From: a virus
Taxonomy: Duplodnaviria > Caudoviricetes
Virus record (IMG/VR): IMGVR_UViG_3300045257_000113
Location: 1 to 52,349 of that record
DNA: 52,349 nt
Direction: 5' to 3' (one strand)
The notes beneath the pieces are model-generated. The model saw only the letters and a program-made list of their open reading frames with translations, had not been told where the DNA came from and did no database searches. The position numbers were made by a program, and so were the translations under genes. Of this stretch, positions 27,871 through 35,441 are shown piece after piece. Within the stretch, counting starts at the first letter, position 1; each line of letters begins with the position of its first letter.

Positions 27871-27972
27871 GGCGGCTGCCGGTCTCGCGGCCGGTAAGGA
27901 CTTTTCCCACGGGAGTATCCAGCTCTGAAACCAGAAAGAGCATCGCCAGGTGTAAGAACTGGCCGGCCGCCT
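27871..27972 (+). ncRNA. tRNA-like cloverleaf with non-canonical loops
   Basis: 8-bp closing stem GGCGGCUG/CGGCCGCC, a 6-bp/4-nt arm, an expanded anticodon-position arm, a long extra arm, and a 5-bp arm abutting the closing stem. Confidence 0.5.
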
Positions 27973-27982
27973 TATCTCAACC

Positions 27983-28147
27983 ATGAAATGGCCCATCATC
28001 ATTGGCGGCATCCTCGGCCTCGGCTCGCTCATGATCTGGGTTGACCCGGTGATCGGCTCGGTGAGCCTCGGCGTGATCGCTGTCCTGGTGGTGATCTTGG
28101 CTCTGATTAACCAACCCTGTGGACCTACTTATGGCGATGGTGGATAA
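27983..28147 (+). CDS. Small two-TM membrane protein (54 aa, not in ORF track)
   Basis: MKWPIIIGGILGLGSLMIWVDPVIGSVSLGVIAVLVVILALIN...; TAATG coupling to the next gene. Confidence 0.6.
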   Translation: MKWPIIIGGILGLGSLMIWVDPVIGSVSLGVIAVLVVILALINQPCGPTYGDGG

Positions 28148-28557
28148 TGTTTGACCTGGAGAAATTGACGCCGGCACCGTGGCGAGTGTGCCCGACCAGA
28201 GGCGAGGAAGATCCCGAGAGCGGAGCCGATACGCTGATTGAGACGACTGCCGATGTCCAGTATAAGGCCGTTGTTTTCATGGGTTGGTACGACGGACTGC
28301 ACCTTGGCTGCACAAAGCCAGACGCCGCTTTCATCGCCCTGGCCCGCAATGCTTTCGATGTGATGATGCGGCGGGGTTGGAATCCGCTAATGACAAGCAA
28401 CGGTTGGAGCGTAAGTGACTTCCATCGCAAACGCGTGTATGACAAGGCAAGAACGTTTCGAGACTGGGTTTTGGAGCAAGAGTGGCCCGATCCATTCACC
28501 GCCCTCGTAGAAGCCGACCGCTGGATGAAGGAACAAGAGGCAAGCAAACAACAATGA
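28147..28557 (+). CDS. Hypothetical protein (TPxPW...DAAFIAxARN phage domain)
   Basis: LTPAPWR and DAAFIALARN, Ead/Ea22-like motifs. Confidence 0.7.
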   Translation: MFDLEKLTPAPWRVCPTRGEEDPESGADTLIETTADVQYKAVVFMGWYDGLHLGCTKPDAAFIALARNAFDVMMRRGWNPLMTSNGWSVSDFHRKRVYDKARTFRDWVLEQEWPDPFTALVEADRWMKEQEASKQQ

Positions 28558-28652
28558 TCCAGTATTCGTCAAAAATGTGGCCTGGCATCCGGCAACCCGG
28601 AGAAAGCCAGCTCATTTATCGTGTAGTACCTGACTCTTTGAAAGGAGAATTT

Positions 28653-28958
28653 GTGAACGCAACGACTTTGAAAGGCGACGTGGACTCGGTGTTTGCCAAG
28701 ATCGAGGGCCTGCGGGTGTTTCGGCTGTTCCCGCACAAACTGGCGTGGGTCAAGCAGGTCCACGCAGCGATCCTGACCGACATCGACGCCATCGCTACCA
28801 CGATCCCGGTCGGCAGTCCTTGGACCGTGATTGCGGACGCAATCATCACGTTCATCGAAGGCAAGTACCCGCAGTGGAAGATGGAGCTCGAATGGCTCAG
28901 GACCATAATCGACGCGCTGTTCGCCACGGCGCCGACAACCACCTTGCCAGCGGCGTAA
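28653..28958 (+). CDS. Hypothetical protein
   Basis: GAAAGGAG SD before the GTG at 28653. Confidence 0.65.
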   Translation: MNATTLKGDVDSVFAKIEGLRVFRLFPHKLAWVKQVHAAILTDIDAIATTIPVGSPWTVIADAIITFIEGKYPQWKMELEWLRTIIDALFATAPTTTLPAA

Positions 28959-28976
28959 CCTTGAAAGGAGCCTCTC

Positions 28977-29153
28977 ATGGCGAAGAAAAAGAAAGACTGC
29001 CCGGACGAACCGGCACCGAATAATTGTCCGTGTTGCGGTGAGTCCGAGCCTTGCGTGGATTGCGGGCCGATATGCAAGTGTGGCTGCTTGATGGTGTGTA
29101 ACGGTTGCGATCAATGCTGCTGCCACTGCACTTGCCCCATGCCGGCGAAGTAG
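28977..29153 (+). CDS. Metallothionein-like Cys-rich peptide (58 aa, 16 Cys; not in ORF track)
   Basis: GAAAGGAG SD; MAKKKKDCPDEPAPNNCPCCGESEPCVDCGPICKCGCLMVCNGCDQCCCHCTCPMPAK. Confidence 0.7.
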   Translation: MAKKKKDCPDEPAPNNCPCCGESEPCVDCGPICKCGCLMVCNGCDQCCCHCTCPMPAK

Positions 29154-29191
29154 GGTAGTATCGACTTTGTAAGGTGCTTTTCCATTGTCCC

Positions 29192-29307
29192 GGCCCCTAC
29201 TTGTGGTAGGGGCCACTTTACTTATGGCGGCTGGGTTGGATTCCACAAGTACCCCGGCTAGGCCGGATGAGACTTCCGGCTAATGTGAGGCACATCGGCC
29301 AGCCGCC
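29192..29307 (+). ncRNA. Candidate structured RNA with alternative/kissing pairing
   Basis: 9-bp hairpin 29192-29214; 9-bp stem GGCGGCTGG/CCAGCCGCC enclosing hairpins; TACTTGTGG is complementary to CCACAAGTA. Confidence 0.45.
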
Positions 29308-29328
29308 TTCTCTTTGAAAGGATTTCCC

Positions 29329-29772
29329 ATGCGTTTTTTGCTCGTTCTCGTGGCGCTGGTAATGTTCTCGGCCGACTCGCAGGCTCAGCTTCTCAGGCGG
29401 CGCTCTGCCTCTGCGTGTGCTTCGGGTTCCTGCTCTGCTGGGCCGTCTGTCGGTGTCTCGGTGCAGGCTGGGACGATTTACCCGGGGCCGACCCCTACGG
29501 CGACTGACGATCCCATCTTCAAGTCCAACCGAGATATGCAGATTGGCAGCTACAAGATCACCAGCGAAAGTGGAATCGTGGCGACTGTGACCATCCTGAA
29601 GCCTCTGCCGCAAGGTGAGTACACGATTACGAAGCCGATAGCCGGGGGCGGAGGAAATGCTTTTCCTCCAGCACCTGCTGGGGGCGTCGAGGTTCAAGCG
29701 GAGGCTGACTCTGGGAGCGGTCGGAAGCTATTCCACCGGCTGAGGGCTCGGAGGGCTGCTAGGGGGTGTTAA
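29329..29772 (+). CDS. Secreted protein with an Arg-rich C-terminus
   Basis: Signal peptide MRFLLVLVALVMFSADSQA, CASGSC motif, ends RKLFHRLRARRAARGC; GAAAGGA SD. Confidence 0.7.
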   Translation: MRFLLVLVALVMFSADSQAQLLRRRSASACASGSCSAGPSVGVSVQAGTIYPGPTPTATDDPIFKSNRDMQIGSYKITSESGIVATVTILKPLPQGEYTITKPIAGGGGNAFPPAPAGGVEVQAEADSGSGRKLFHRLRARRAARGC

Positions 29773-29834
29773 TCGCATTTGAATGGTTGTAGGACTGGAC
29801 CTGCCAACAGCGGCAGACAAACGGCCTTACTCGG

Positions 29835-29865
29835 ACCCCGGCTGCTTATGTGGCCGGGGTTTTTC
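29835..29865 (+). terminator. Rho-independent terminator at the convergence of the late (+) and early (-) arms
   Basis: ACCCCGGCTGC-TTAT-GTGGCCGGGGT followed by TTTT. Confidence 0.8.
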
Positions 29866-29868
29866 GTT

Positions 29869-30753
29869 TCAAACGCCGCACATTCCTTGACACTCTTCCG
29901 TCAGGCCGAAGCTTTTCTCTTTCGGCTTCAGCTCCACCATATCCAGCGGCACCATCGAGCGGTGCAGGTACAGTTCCCCGACCATGCCTTCCTTGCCGAA
30001 CTTCTCGAATGCGTTCCGCCGAGCGGCGGAACGCATTGCGTAATCGAACTCTACCGCGTTTTGCCACTCTTCAGGGTTGGCCTTGATCGAAGCCCACTCG
30101 GCATCAGAGTGAAACGGACAGCCAATGCAGGCTGAACGAGGAACATGACGACCCGGATAGTTTGCTTCCAACCAATCTAGGCAGTCTTGGCGGGTGTAGC
30201 CGTGCTCGATAAAGCTGCCTTGCTTCATGATCGTTACATCCGTGATTAGCGGGTAGCGGTGAACCTTCCAGGGTTCGCGTGACTGCCTCATGCGATGCAT
30301 CTCGTCGTAGCTGATGCCAAACCACTGCTCAATTACGACCTCGCGGGGTGATCGTTGACGAGGCTTGAGACCAAGAATGTGCCGCTTAATGAACAACTCG
30401 ATAGGCTCGATCTTGTATTCCGTGGTGCATTGACGGCGAACAATGCCCTGGCTGTCGTCCTTGTTTTTAACAAAGAACGGCATCGACGCAAAGCGTCGAT
30501 GGTCCGCAGACTTTCGATGCTCTCGAAAAGAAATGCTTTCTTCACGCAGGTTGCCAGCGCTAACGACGTGGATTGGTATACCATACTTTGCTGCTTCTTC
30601 TATCAGCCATGCCAAATGGACGTAGACGGCTTTTGGTTCCCACTCGGTATCGGCGAAGATAGCGGCATCGAGTTTCGGCAAGTCACCCTTGCAGGACATG
30701 AGCAGCGCCGTGCTTGATTGCACACCGGCCCCAAGTGACAGCACCTTAATCAT
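29869..30753 (-). CDS. PAPS-reductase-like adenine nucleotide alpha-hydrolase (PP-loop) family protein
   Basis: VLSLGAGVQSS PP-loop, IFADTEWEP, RQCTTEYKIEPI, SACIGCPFH, C-terminal ECQGMC. Confidence 0.85.
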   Translation of the reverse strand: MIKVLSLGAGVQSSTALLMSCKGDLPKLDAAIFADTEWEPKAVYVHLAWLIEEAAKYGIPIHVVSAGNLREESISFREHRKSADHRRFASMPFFVKNKDDSQGIVRRQCTTEYKIEPIELFIKRHILGLKPRQRSPREVVIEQWFGISYDEMHRMRQSREPWKVHRYPLITDVTIMKQGSFIEHGYTRQDCLDWLEANYPGRHVPRSACIGCPFHSDAEWASIKANPEEWQNAVEFDYAMRSAARRNAFEKFGKEGMVGELYLHRSMVPLDMVELKPKEKSFGLTEECQGMCGV

Positions 30754-30787
30754 GAGTATCCTTTCAGGACCGCCTGGGTGATCTCAC

Positions 30788-30973
30788 TCAGGCGGTTTTT
30801 GTTTCGTCTCGTGCCGAATAACCTTCGACAACTACTTCAGATTTTCGATTCTTGACTTTCCAAACCTTCATGGGGGACTTTTCCACTTGCCGCTCACTGT
30901 CCCAAACCACAAGCGACACCTTGGCTTCCTGGTTTTGTTTCTGAAGCAGGCTGATCAATTTTTGTACTGTCAT
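30788..30973 (-). CDS. Hypothetical protein
   Basis: MTVQKLISLLQK, a common phage N-terminus. Confidence 0.65.
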   Translation of the reverse strand: MTVQKLISLLQKQNQEAKVSLVVWDSERQVEKSPMKVWKVKNRKSEVVVEGYSARDETKTA

Positions 30974-31192
30974 CTAGTCCTTCTCTCCTTTCAGGGCGGC
31001 TTCGAGATCGTTATTCAGCAATAACTGGATGGTTTTTTTACCGAGCACTTCGACGCATTCCTTGGAGAGCGGCGAAGGTAGCACGTCGTTGACTACCTCG
31101 GCCTGCCAATAGTATATCCGAATCAAGCAGGCTCGCAGCCGATCCCGCTCGGCTTCCAGGTCGTTGATCGTGGACATCAGCATGTCGTGCAT
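30974..31192 (-). CDS. Hypothetical protein
   Basis: GAAAGGA SD. Confidence 0.65.
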   Translation of the reverse strand: MHDMLMSTINDLEAERDRLRACLIRIYYWQAEVVNDVLPSPLSKECVEVLGKKTIQLLLNNDLEAALKGEKD

Positions 31193-31210
31193 CGGTCGGT
31201 CCTTTCAAAA

Positions 31211-31291
31211 GGCGACGGCTAGTGTTTCACCTTCAGTTAGAGGACTTGAAGCGTCCGTAGTCGTCCTACGGCACCATGCCTAACCGTCGCC
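31211..31291 (-). ncRNA. Candidate multibranch structured RNA
   Basis: 12-bp closing stem GGCGACGGUUAG/CUAGCCGUCGCC (one G-U on the - strand) enclosing CCGUAG/CUACGG and CUUCA/UGAAG hairpins; followed by UUUU. Confidence 0.5.
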
Positions 31292-31294
31292 AAG

Positions 31295-31672
31295 TCACTG
31301 CGAAATCGGTTCGAGGTCTTCCAGGGTGATCGTTACTCCAGACTTGGCCGCGCGGATATACGTTACCGGACCAAGTTCCACCGTTTCCTTACGGTCGTCC
31401 AAGAGGAGACCACATTTACTTAGGCCGTCGTTTATGACCTTCCAAATGGCTTCCGGGTCTGGGCCTTTCTTGCGAGGTCCTAATTCTATTTGCAGGCTCA
31501 CTCGCCGCTTGCCTCTGGCTTTGGGAACATCCTGCCCGAAGTAAGCGATTAGTTCATAATCTCCCTGCTTCAACTTGCTCCGTCGGCGAGGGTCGGTGCT
31601 GAGCAAACGATTCACTGTGATGGGCTGGTAATTTGGAATGTGGAACGAGTGCTGTGTTTCCGGTATCTTCAT
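31295..31672 (-). CDS. rusA: RusA-like Holliday junction resolvase
   Basis: PITVNR...GPDPEAIWKVINDGLSKCGLLLDD...VTITL pattern (DxxN..K...D.L..G...DD, degenerate). Confidence 0.65.
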   Translation of the reverse strand: MKIPETQHSFHIPNYQPITVNRLLSTDPRRRSKLKQGDYELIAYFGQDVPKARGKRRVSLQIELGPRKKGPDPEAIWKVINDGLSKCGLLLDDRKETVELGPVTYIRAAKSGVTITLEDLEPISQ

Positions 31673-31674
31673 GG

Positions 31675-31875
31675 CTAGTACACCTTTCCCGGATGCCGGC
31701 ATTGTTCCAAATCGCGATAGTGCTTGTGCCACTCTTCCAGCCGCTCCATCGTGATCGGCTCTGTTGGCTTCTTGCCGAGCAACTGCTGCTTGAGATTGAT
31801 GACGAGGCTGTTCATCCAGGTCATGGCTTCGGAGTGGGTACACAGTCCTTGCGGTTCTGCGATGCGCTTTGTCAC
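31675..31875 (-). CDS. Hypothetical protein
   Basis: GAGGAG SD, GTGA coupling. Confidence 0.55.
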   Translation of the reverse strand: MTKRIAEPQGLCTHSEAMTWMNSLVINLKQQLLGKKPTEPITMERLEEWHKHYRDLEQCRHPGKVY

Positions 31876-32051
31876 GGCTTCTCCTCTACGATCTCAACTG
31901 CTCGGCCACGGCGGGTCTTGTACTTTGTGCCGCAAGTCGGGCAGGTGAAAATCAAGACTTCATTCCAATGCGCATGGACGTAGGCGGGGAACACGTATCG
32001 CCTTTTGCATTTGCACTCGAAGCTGCGCTCGGCTTTATTTTTCGTCTTCAT
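31872..32051 (-). CDS. Zinc-ribbon protein (59 aa, not in ORF track)
   Basis: MKTKNKAERSFECKCKRRY...FTCPTCGTKY; GAGGAG SD. Confidence 0.65.
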   Translation of the reverse strand: MKTKNKAERSFECKCKRRYVFPAYVHAHWNEVLIFTCPTCGTKYKTRRGRAVEIVEEKP

Positions 32052-32060
32052 TTCGGCTCC

Positions 32061-32231
32061 TCAGTTCGAGTAGCACTCACAAGGACCAATTCCGCCGCAG
32101 TAAAAACAGGCACTAGGGTCTGACGCTTTCTCCGGCTTTGGCTTTGCGATCAGCGGCTTCCAGTGGGTTGGAAGGTAATAGACGTACATGCTGCCGTCAC
32201 AGACGTACCACAGCCGACCTTGACGCTTCAC
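32061..32231 (-). CDS. Hypothetical protein with a PTHW motif (56 aa, not in ORF track)
   Basis: MKRQGRLWYVCDGSMYVYYLPTHWKPL..., DUF551-like THW motif. Confidence 0.55.
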   Translation of the reverse strand: MKRQGRLWYVCDGSMYVYYLPTHWKPLIAKPKPEKASDPSACFYCGGIGPCECYSN

Positions 32232-32261
32232 CCAAATACCCCCACGCTTGCGATTCCGTCA

Positions 32262-32579
32262 TCAGATTTTTAGCCACGATAATTCTCCTCGCTTCTCCTT
32301 GGGGCACCGGAGCCATTCATCGACGCGGGCTTTTGCTTCCCCTGACTGGAGACCCATGCGATTCTCGACAATCTCCCAGAGGCGAGACCGCGGGATGGCT
32401 CCGTTGTGAATGCGGGTATGGCACTGGCAGTCCAGCAACGGGTCCAGGCCGACCCACAGAATATTCTCGGGCAGATTGCATTCTGAACCGCCTCCCATGC
32501 CACGGTGATAGATATGGTGCTTGCAACGGGCACGGCACCAGCAACCACAAACCTCGCAATTCCCAGCCATCAGGATCAC
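32262..32579 (-). CDS. HNH endonuclease
   Basis: CEVC...HHIYHRGMGGG...ENIL...CQCHTRIH. Confidence 0.75.
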   Translation of the reverse strand: MILMAGNCEVCGCWCRARCKHHIYHRGMGGGSECNLPENILWVGLDPLLDCQCHTRIHNGAIPRSRLWEIVENRMGLQSGEAKARVDEWLRCPKEKRGELSWLKI

Positions 32580-32606
32580 GATTGCTCTCCGGTAAGGATC
32601 TTGAAA

Positions 32607-32693
32607 TCGGCTGGCGCCGCTGCGCTACGACGATCTTACCTAGCACGGTTCGGCACGACGCTTTTCAGCGGGTTCCGTGCGTTGACCAGCCAA
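32607..32693 (-). ncRNA. Candidate multibranch structured RNA
   Basis: UUGGCUGG/CCAGCCGA closing stem, GCACGG/CCGUGC, CGCU-GAAA-AGCG (GNRA tetraloop), GUCGU/GCGGC. Confidence 0.5.
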
Positions 32694-32696
32694 AAA

Positions 32697-32957
32697 TCAG
32701 CCTTCTCCAGTCAGGATCTTCACCGCCACGCGTACCAGCGGTGGCAGGGTGTCTGCTTCGTTTGCCTTCAGGCCCTCAAGCACGATCACGGCGTTCTTGA
32801 TCCGCGATTCGAGGTCGGCGGCTTTGGCTTGGTAGTTGGTCCGCGTGCGGGGTCTAGCGGGCTTGGCACGATTCACCTTCGGATAGCCCGTCGCGTTAAC
32901 CTCGCGGTTCAATTTGTCCGCTTCTGTTGCTAATCGGTTGTCTGCTGGTTCGCTCAT
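32697..32957 (-). CDS. Hypothetical protein
   Basis: AAGGAG SD. Confidence 0.65.
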   Translation of the reverse strand: MSEPADNRLATEADKLNREVNATGYPKVNRAKPARPRTRTNYQAKAADLESRIKNAVIVLEGLKANEADTLPPLVRVAVKILTGEG

Positions 32958-33103
32958 GATTTCTCCTTGGCTGCCGCATCACAAACTTCCTCGATGCAAT
33001 TACGCAGCATGTCCCATTCGATTACGTCCCAGCCATCGGCCTCGACGTACTCTTCGAGAGCCTCAGCCAAATCCTTCACAGCTTTACTTAATCGGTCGGT
33101 CAT
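32954..33103 (-). CDS. Small acidic protein (49 aa, not in ORF track)
   Basis: MTDRLSKAVKDLAEALEEYVEADGWDVIEWDMLRNCIEEVCDAAAKEKS; GAGGA SD. Confidence 0.55.
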   Translation of the reverse strand: MTDRLSKAVKDLAEALEEYVEADGWDVIEWDMLRNCIEEVCDAAAKEKS

Positions 33104-33998
33104 TGGTCCTCACAGTCGCGCCATTCGGCGCTGGTTGGGGTTCGTTGATCCATCCCGCATATTCGTCGCGGAAGAGCGGTCCTGAAACACTTGCCCACTC
33201 TCGCACGTCTTTGAACTTCGGCACAATGCGCCAGTCACATCCGAGCTTCAGGGAAACTACGGCGGCTCCGTAAATTCCAGGAAAGCACTGGGCACAACCA
33301 ATGCAGTCTTCGTGCCCCTTCACGGCTTTGCGATCCCTTTCCCCGACGACGACAACTTTGCGGCCCTTTGCTCGCCGCTTCAGGTACTCGGCAATGATCC
33401 TTGCCCCGCCCGTATTTGACGGCCTGCCCAGCGCGGGAAAGCCGTGCGTCACGAGCGCCGCCACGTCAGACGCGCCCTCGACTATCGAGATCGGCCCTGG
33501 CAGCTTCCACCAGTTCTCAGGGACGAAGACGCCGTTCGATGTGCCGGCCAAGGTCTTCTTGCGCCCATCCGCATACCGTCGCGTGATGCCGATGATTTTG
33601 CAGTCTGCACCACGCGACGGGAAGGAATAAAACATCTCGCCCGAACGATCCCAGCCGACGCCGACGTTCAGGGAGGCGAGCGATTCAAACGAGACGCCAA
33701 GTTTGTCAGCCAAGTGTCGCCGTTCTCCAGCAGCGGCCGAATCATTGAACATCTTCATGGCCAGCGCCGTTACGTCCTTGACCTTGCGAACGGGCTTGTC
33801 GTAGCGCGGCAGCACAGCGGGGATGTCGTGAACATCATGGAGCCAGCCTTCACCGCATGGAGACGGCCGAAGCGACTCAATGCGCATACACCGGGCCAAC
33901 TCGCCATCGGCTGTCCGTGTGCAGTAGTCCGGCTTGTCGCACACGACGCAAGGCCGACTTGCCGACACCCGGACCCATTCTGTTTTTGTGCGTGTCAC
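33084..33998 (-). CDS. Zinc-finger + Toprim-domain (primase-like) protein
   Basis: PCVVCDKPDYC...C zinc finger; IVEGASDVAAL..G..ALGRPS; VVVVGERD. Confidence 0.8.
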   Translation of the reverse strand: MTRTKTEWVRVSASRPCVVCDKPDYCTRTADGELARCMRIESLRPSPCGEGWLHDVHDIPAVLPRYDKPVRKVKDVTALAMKMFNDSAAAGERRHLADKLGVSFESLASLNVGVGWDRSGEMFYSFPSRGADCKIIGITRRYADGRKKTLAGTSNGVFVPENWWKLPGPISIVEGASDVAALVTHGFPALGRPSNTGGARIIAEYLKRRAKGRKVVVVGERDRKAVKGHEDCIGCAQCFPGIYGAAVVSLKLGCDWRIVPKFKDVREWASVSGPLFRDEYAGWINEPQPAPNGATVRTNDRPIK

Positions 33999-34180
33999 TT
34001 TGCCTCCTTGCGGGCTTCAGGACAGGTTTTCGTATGGGGCCTATGGCACATCCGCTGAGGCTCGCTTCCACGCGCCAATAGGACGCCCACAGGCTCAGCA
34101 TCCAGCGCGATTCTTTTGCCGTAGTAGCCTGTCACCCAGAATATCTTGGCTCCGCAGTCAGGGCAGTTTTCAGGTTCCAT
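33995..34180 (-). CDS. Small zinc-binding protein
   Basis: CPDCGAKIFW...GKRIALDAEP...HTKTCP; AAGGAGG SD. Confidence 0.7.
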   Translation of the reverse strand: MEPENCPDCGAKIFWVTGYYGKRIALDAEPVGVLLARGSEPQRMCHRPHTKTCPEARKEAK

Positions 34181-34685
34181 GTTTTGCCTCCTTGCGGGCT
34201 TTCTTGTGCTTATCCAGCACGGTTTCAATCTGATCGACAGCCGCTTCTTGGCACCAGCCGGAAAGGTCACGCGCTCTGCACATTTCTTGTCCTTCGCCCA
34301 TCACCAGAGCAAGTCTTGTGGCAACCTGCCCCGTGCCACCGGTAAAGATCGCCTTGGCAATGAGCTTGGCAAGGTCGAGATTCGGACTAACTTTTCGCGC
34401 CACGTTTGGCCTCTTTCTTGTACCTGCCGCAGAGGATGCCTTGCGGTGCTGCTCGACTAACGCTTCTATCTGTTCGGCCGCATTTCTCCCGAGCGCATAA
34501 GCCGCGTTGAGCACGCGACACATATAGTCGGCATTGTCACTTTGAAGCGACGATTGCCAGGGCGGGAACCATTCAAACACTGCGATGGGTTCGGCCTCGA
34601 ATGACAATTGGAGTTTCTTGTCTCTGGTCCAGTGCCACTTCCAAACCGTTTCCGGCTTAGCCACTTCCTCTTGGGTTGGTTTCAC
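34170..34685 (-). CDS. Hypothetical protein; C-terminal domain resembles paralogue family A
   Basis: LAKLIAKAIFTGG...ATRLAL...LSGWCQEAAVDQIETVL. Confidence 0.65.
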   Translation of the reverse strand: MKPTQEEVAKPETVWKWHWTRDKKLQLSFEAEPIAVFEWFPPWQSSLQSDNADYMCRVLNAAYALGRNAAEQIEALVEQHRKASSAAGTRKRPNVARKVSPNLDLAKLIAKAIFTGGTGQVATRLALVMGEGQEMCRARDLSGWCQEAAVDQIETVLDKHKKARKEAKHGT

Positions 34686-34891
34686 GACTTCTCTCCCGCT
34701 TCGGCAATGATGGCTCGCAAGTTGCTACATCCATAATGGGTTCTTGGATCACCGCCGCCTGCTTCAACCGCACACTCGAGCATATCCAGGGCCTCCTTGC
34801 ACACCTTGAGCAATTTCGGGGCAGCGCCATGCAGCGGACAATACACGATCTCTGCGCCTGGAAAACAACGGCAAGGTTTGGTCGGTTTCAT
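34682..34891 (-). CDS. Hypothetical protein
   Basis: CRC...YCPLHGAAPKLLKVC phage motif. Confidence 0.65.
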   Translation of the reverse strand: MKPTKPCRCFPGAEIVYCPLHGAAPKLLKVCKEALDMLECAVEAGGGDPRTHYGCSNLRAIIAEAGEKS

Positions 34892-34921
34892 GACTGTGTA
34901 CTCCGTGGGGTTCAGTCGTCC

Positions 34922-35224
34922 TCAACCTGCCGCTTGGATAGCACTGATCCTGCGCTGGATGGCCAGCAAGATCGAGCCGGGGCTGTCCTTGAGGCCGAAC
35001 TTGGCTGAGAGGCCGCCGCAAATGGTCAGCGCCAAGGCCCGGCCGCGAAGCTGGCTGTGCGACAGTCCCTTGTGACAGCCGAAGTTCTTGCCACACGTTC
35101 TTTGCAGGTAGCCATTGCACGTCGGACAGCGAAACGCTTTGAGCAGCTCAGCCCAGACATCCTCGCTGGCTTGCGACAGATAAATCAGGGTCGGCGCTAT
35201 TTGTCTTTTGGTTTTCGTGGCCAT
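34922..35224 (-). CDS. Hypothetical zinc-ribbon protein
   Basis: AGGAG SD; CPTC...C....H. Confidence 0.6.
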   Translation of the reverse strand: MATKTKRQIAPTLIYLSQASEDVWAELLKAFRCPTCNGYLQRTCGKNFGCHKGLSHSQLRGRALALTICGGLSAKFGLKDSPGSILLAIQRRISAIQAAG

Positions 35225-35234
35225 TGCTGCTCTC

Positions 35235-35441
35235 CTAAAACGGCAGCGACACATCGGGCGCTGGTTCCAACGGTACGGGGTAATCCTCGACTTCTCTCTC
35301 CGTGCTCTCCAGGCGGTGCGGAGTAATCGGGTGCCTGGTGCGATCTCGCATGAACCGCCGCCAGGCTGCGCGCTCCCAGAACCGCCAGGTGGCGATCACG
35401 CGGTTGTCGTCAGTTTTCGCTTCGACGGTCCAGCAGGTCAT
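35235..35441 (-). CDS. Hypothetical protein
   Basis: GGAGG SD, ATGA coupling, ends LPF. Confidence 0.6.
   Translation of the reverse strand: MTCWTVEAKTDDNRVIATWRFWERAAWRRFMRDRTRHPITPHRLESTEREVEDYPVPLEPAPDVSLPF

Noticed and set aside
28630-31210. Recurrent TTGAAAGGA motif as a regulatory repeat
   Set aside because: Mostly 5-9 nt before a start codon; explained as an extended Shine-Dalgarno
32232-32264. TGA-TGA after the HNH gene followed by an open frame into the PTHW protein (possible readthrough or alternative code)
   Set aside because: A double stop is a strong terminator, the downstream gene has its own GTG, and TGA ends many genes here, so code 11 fits
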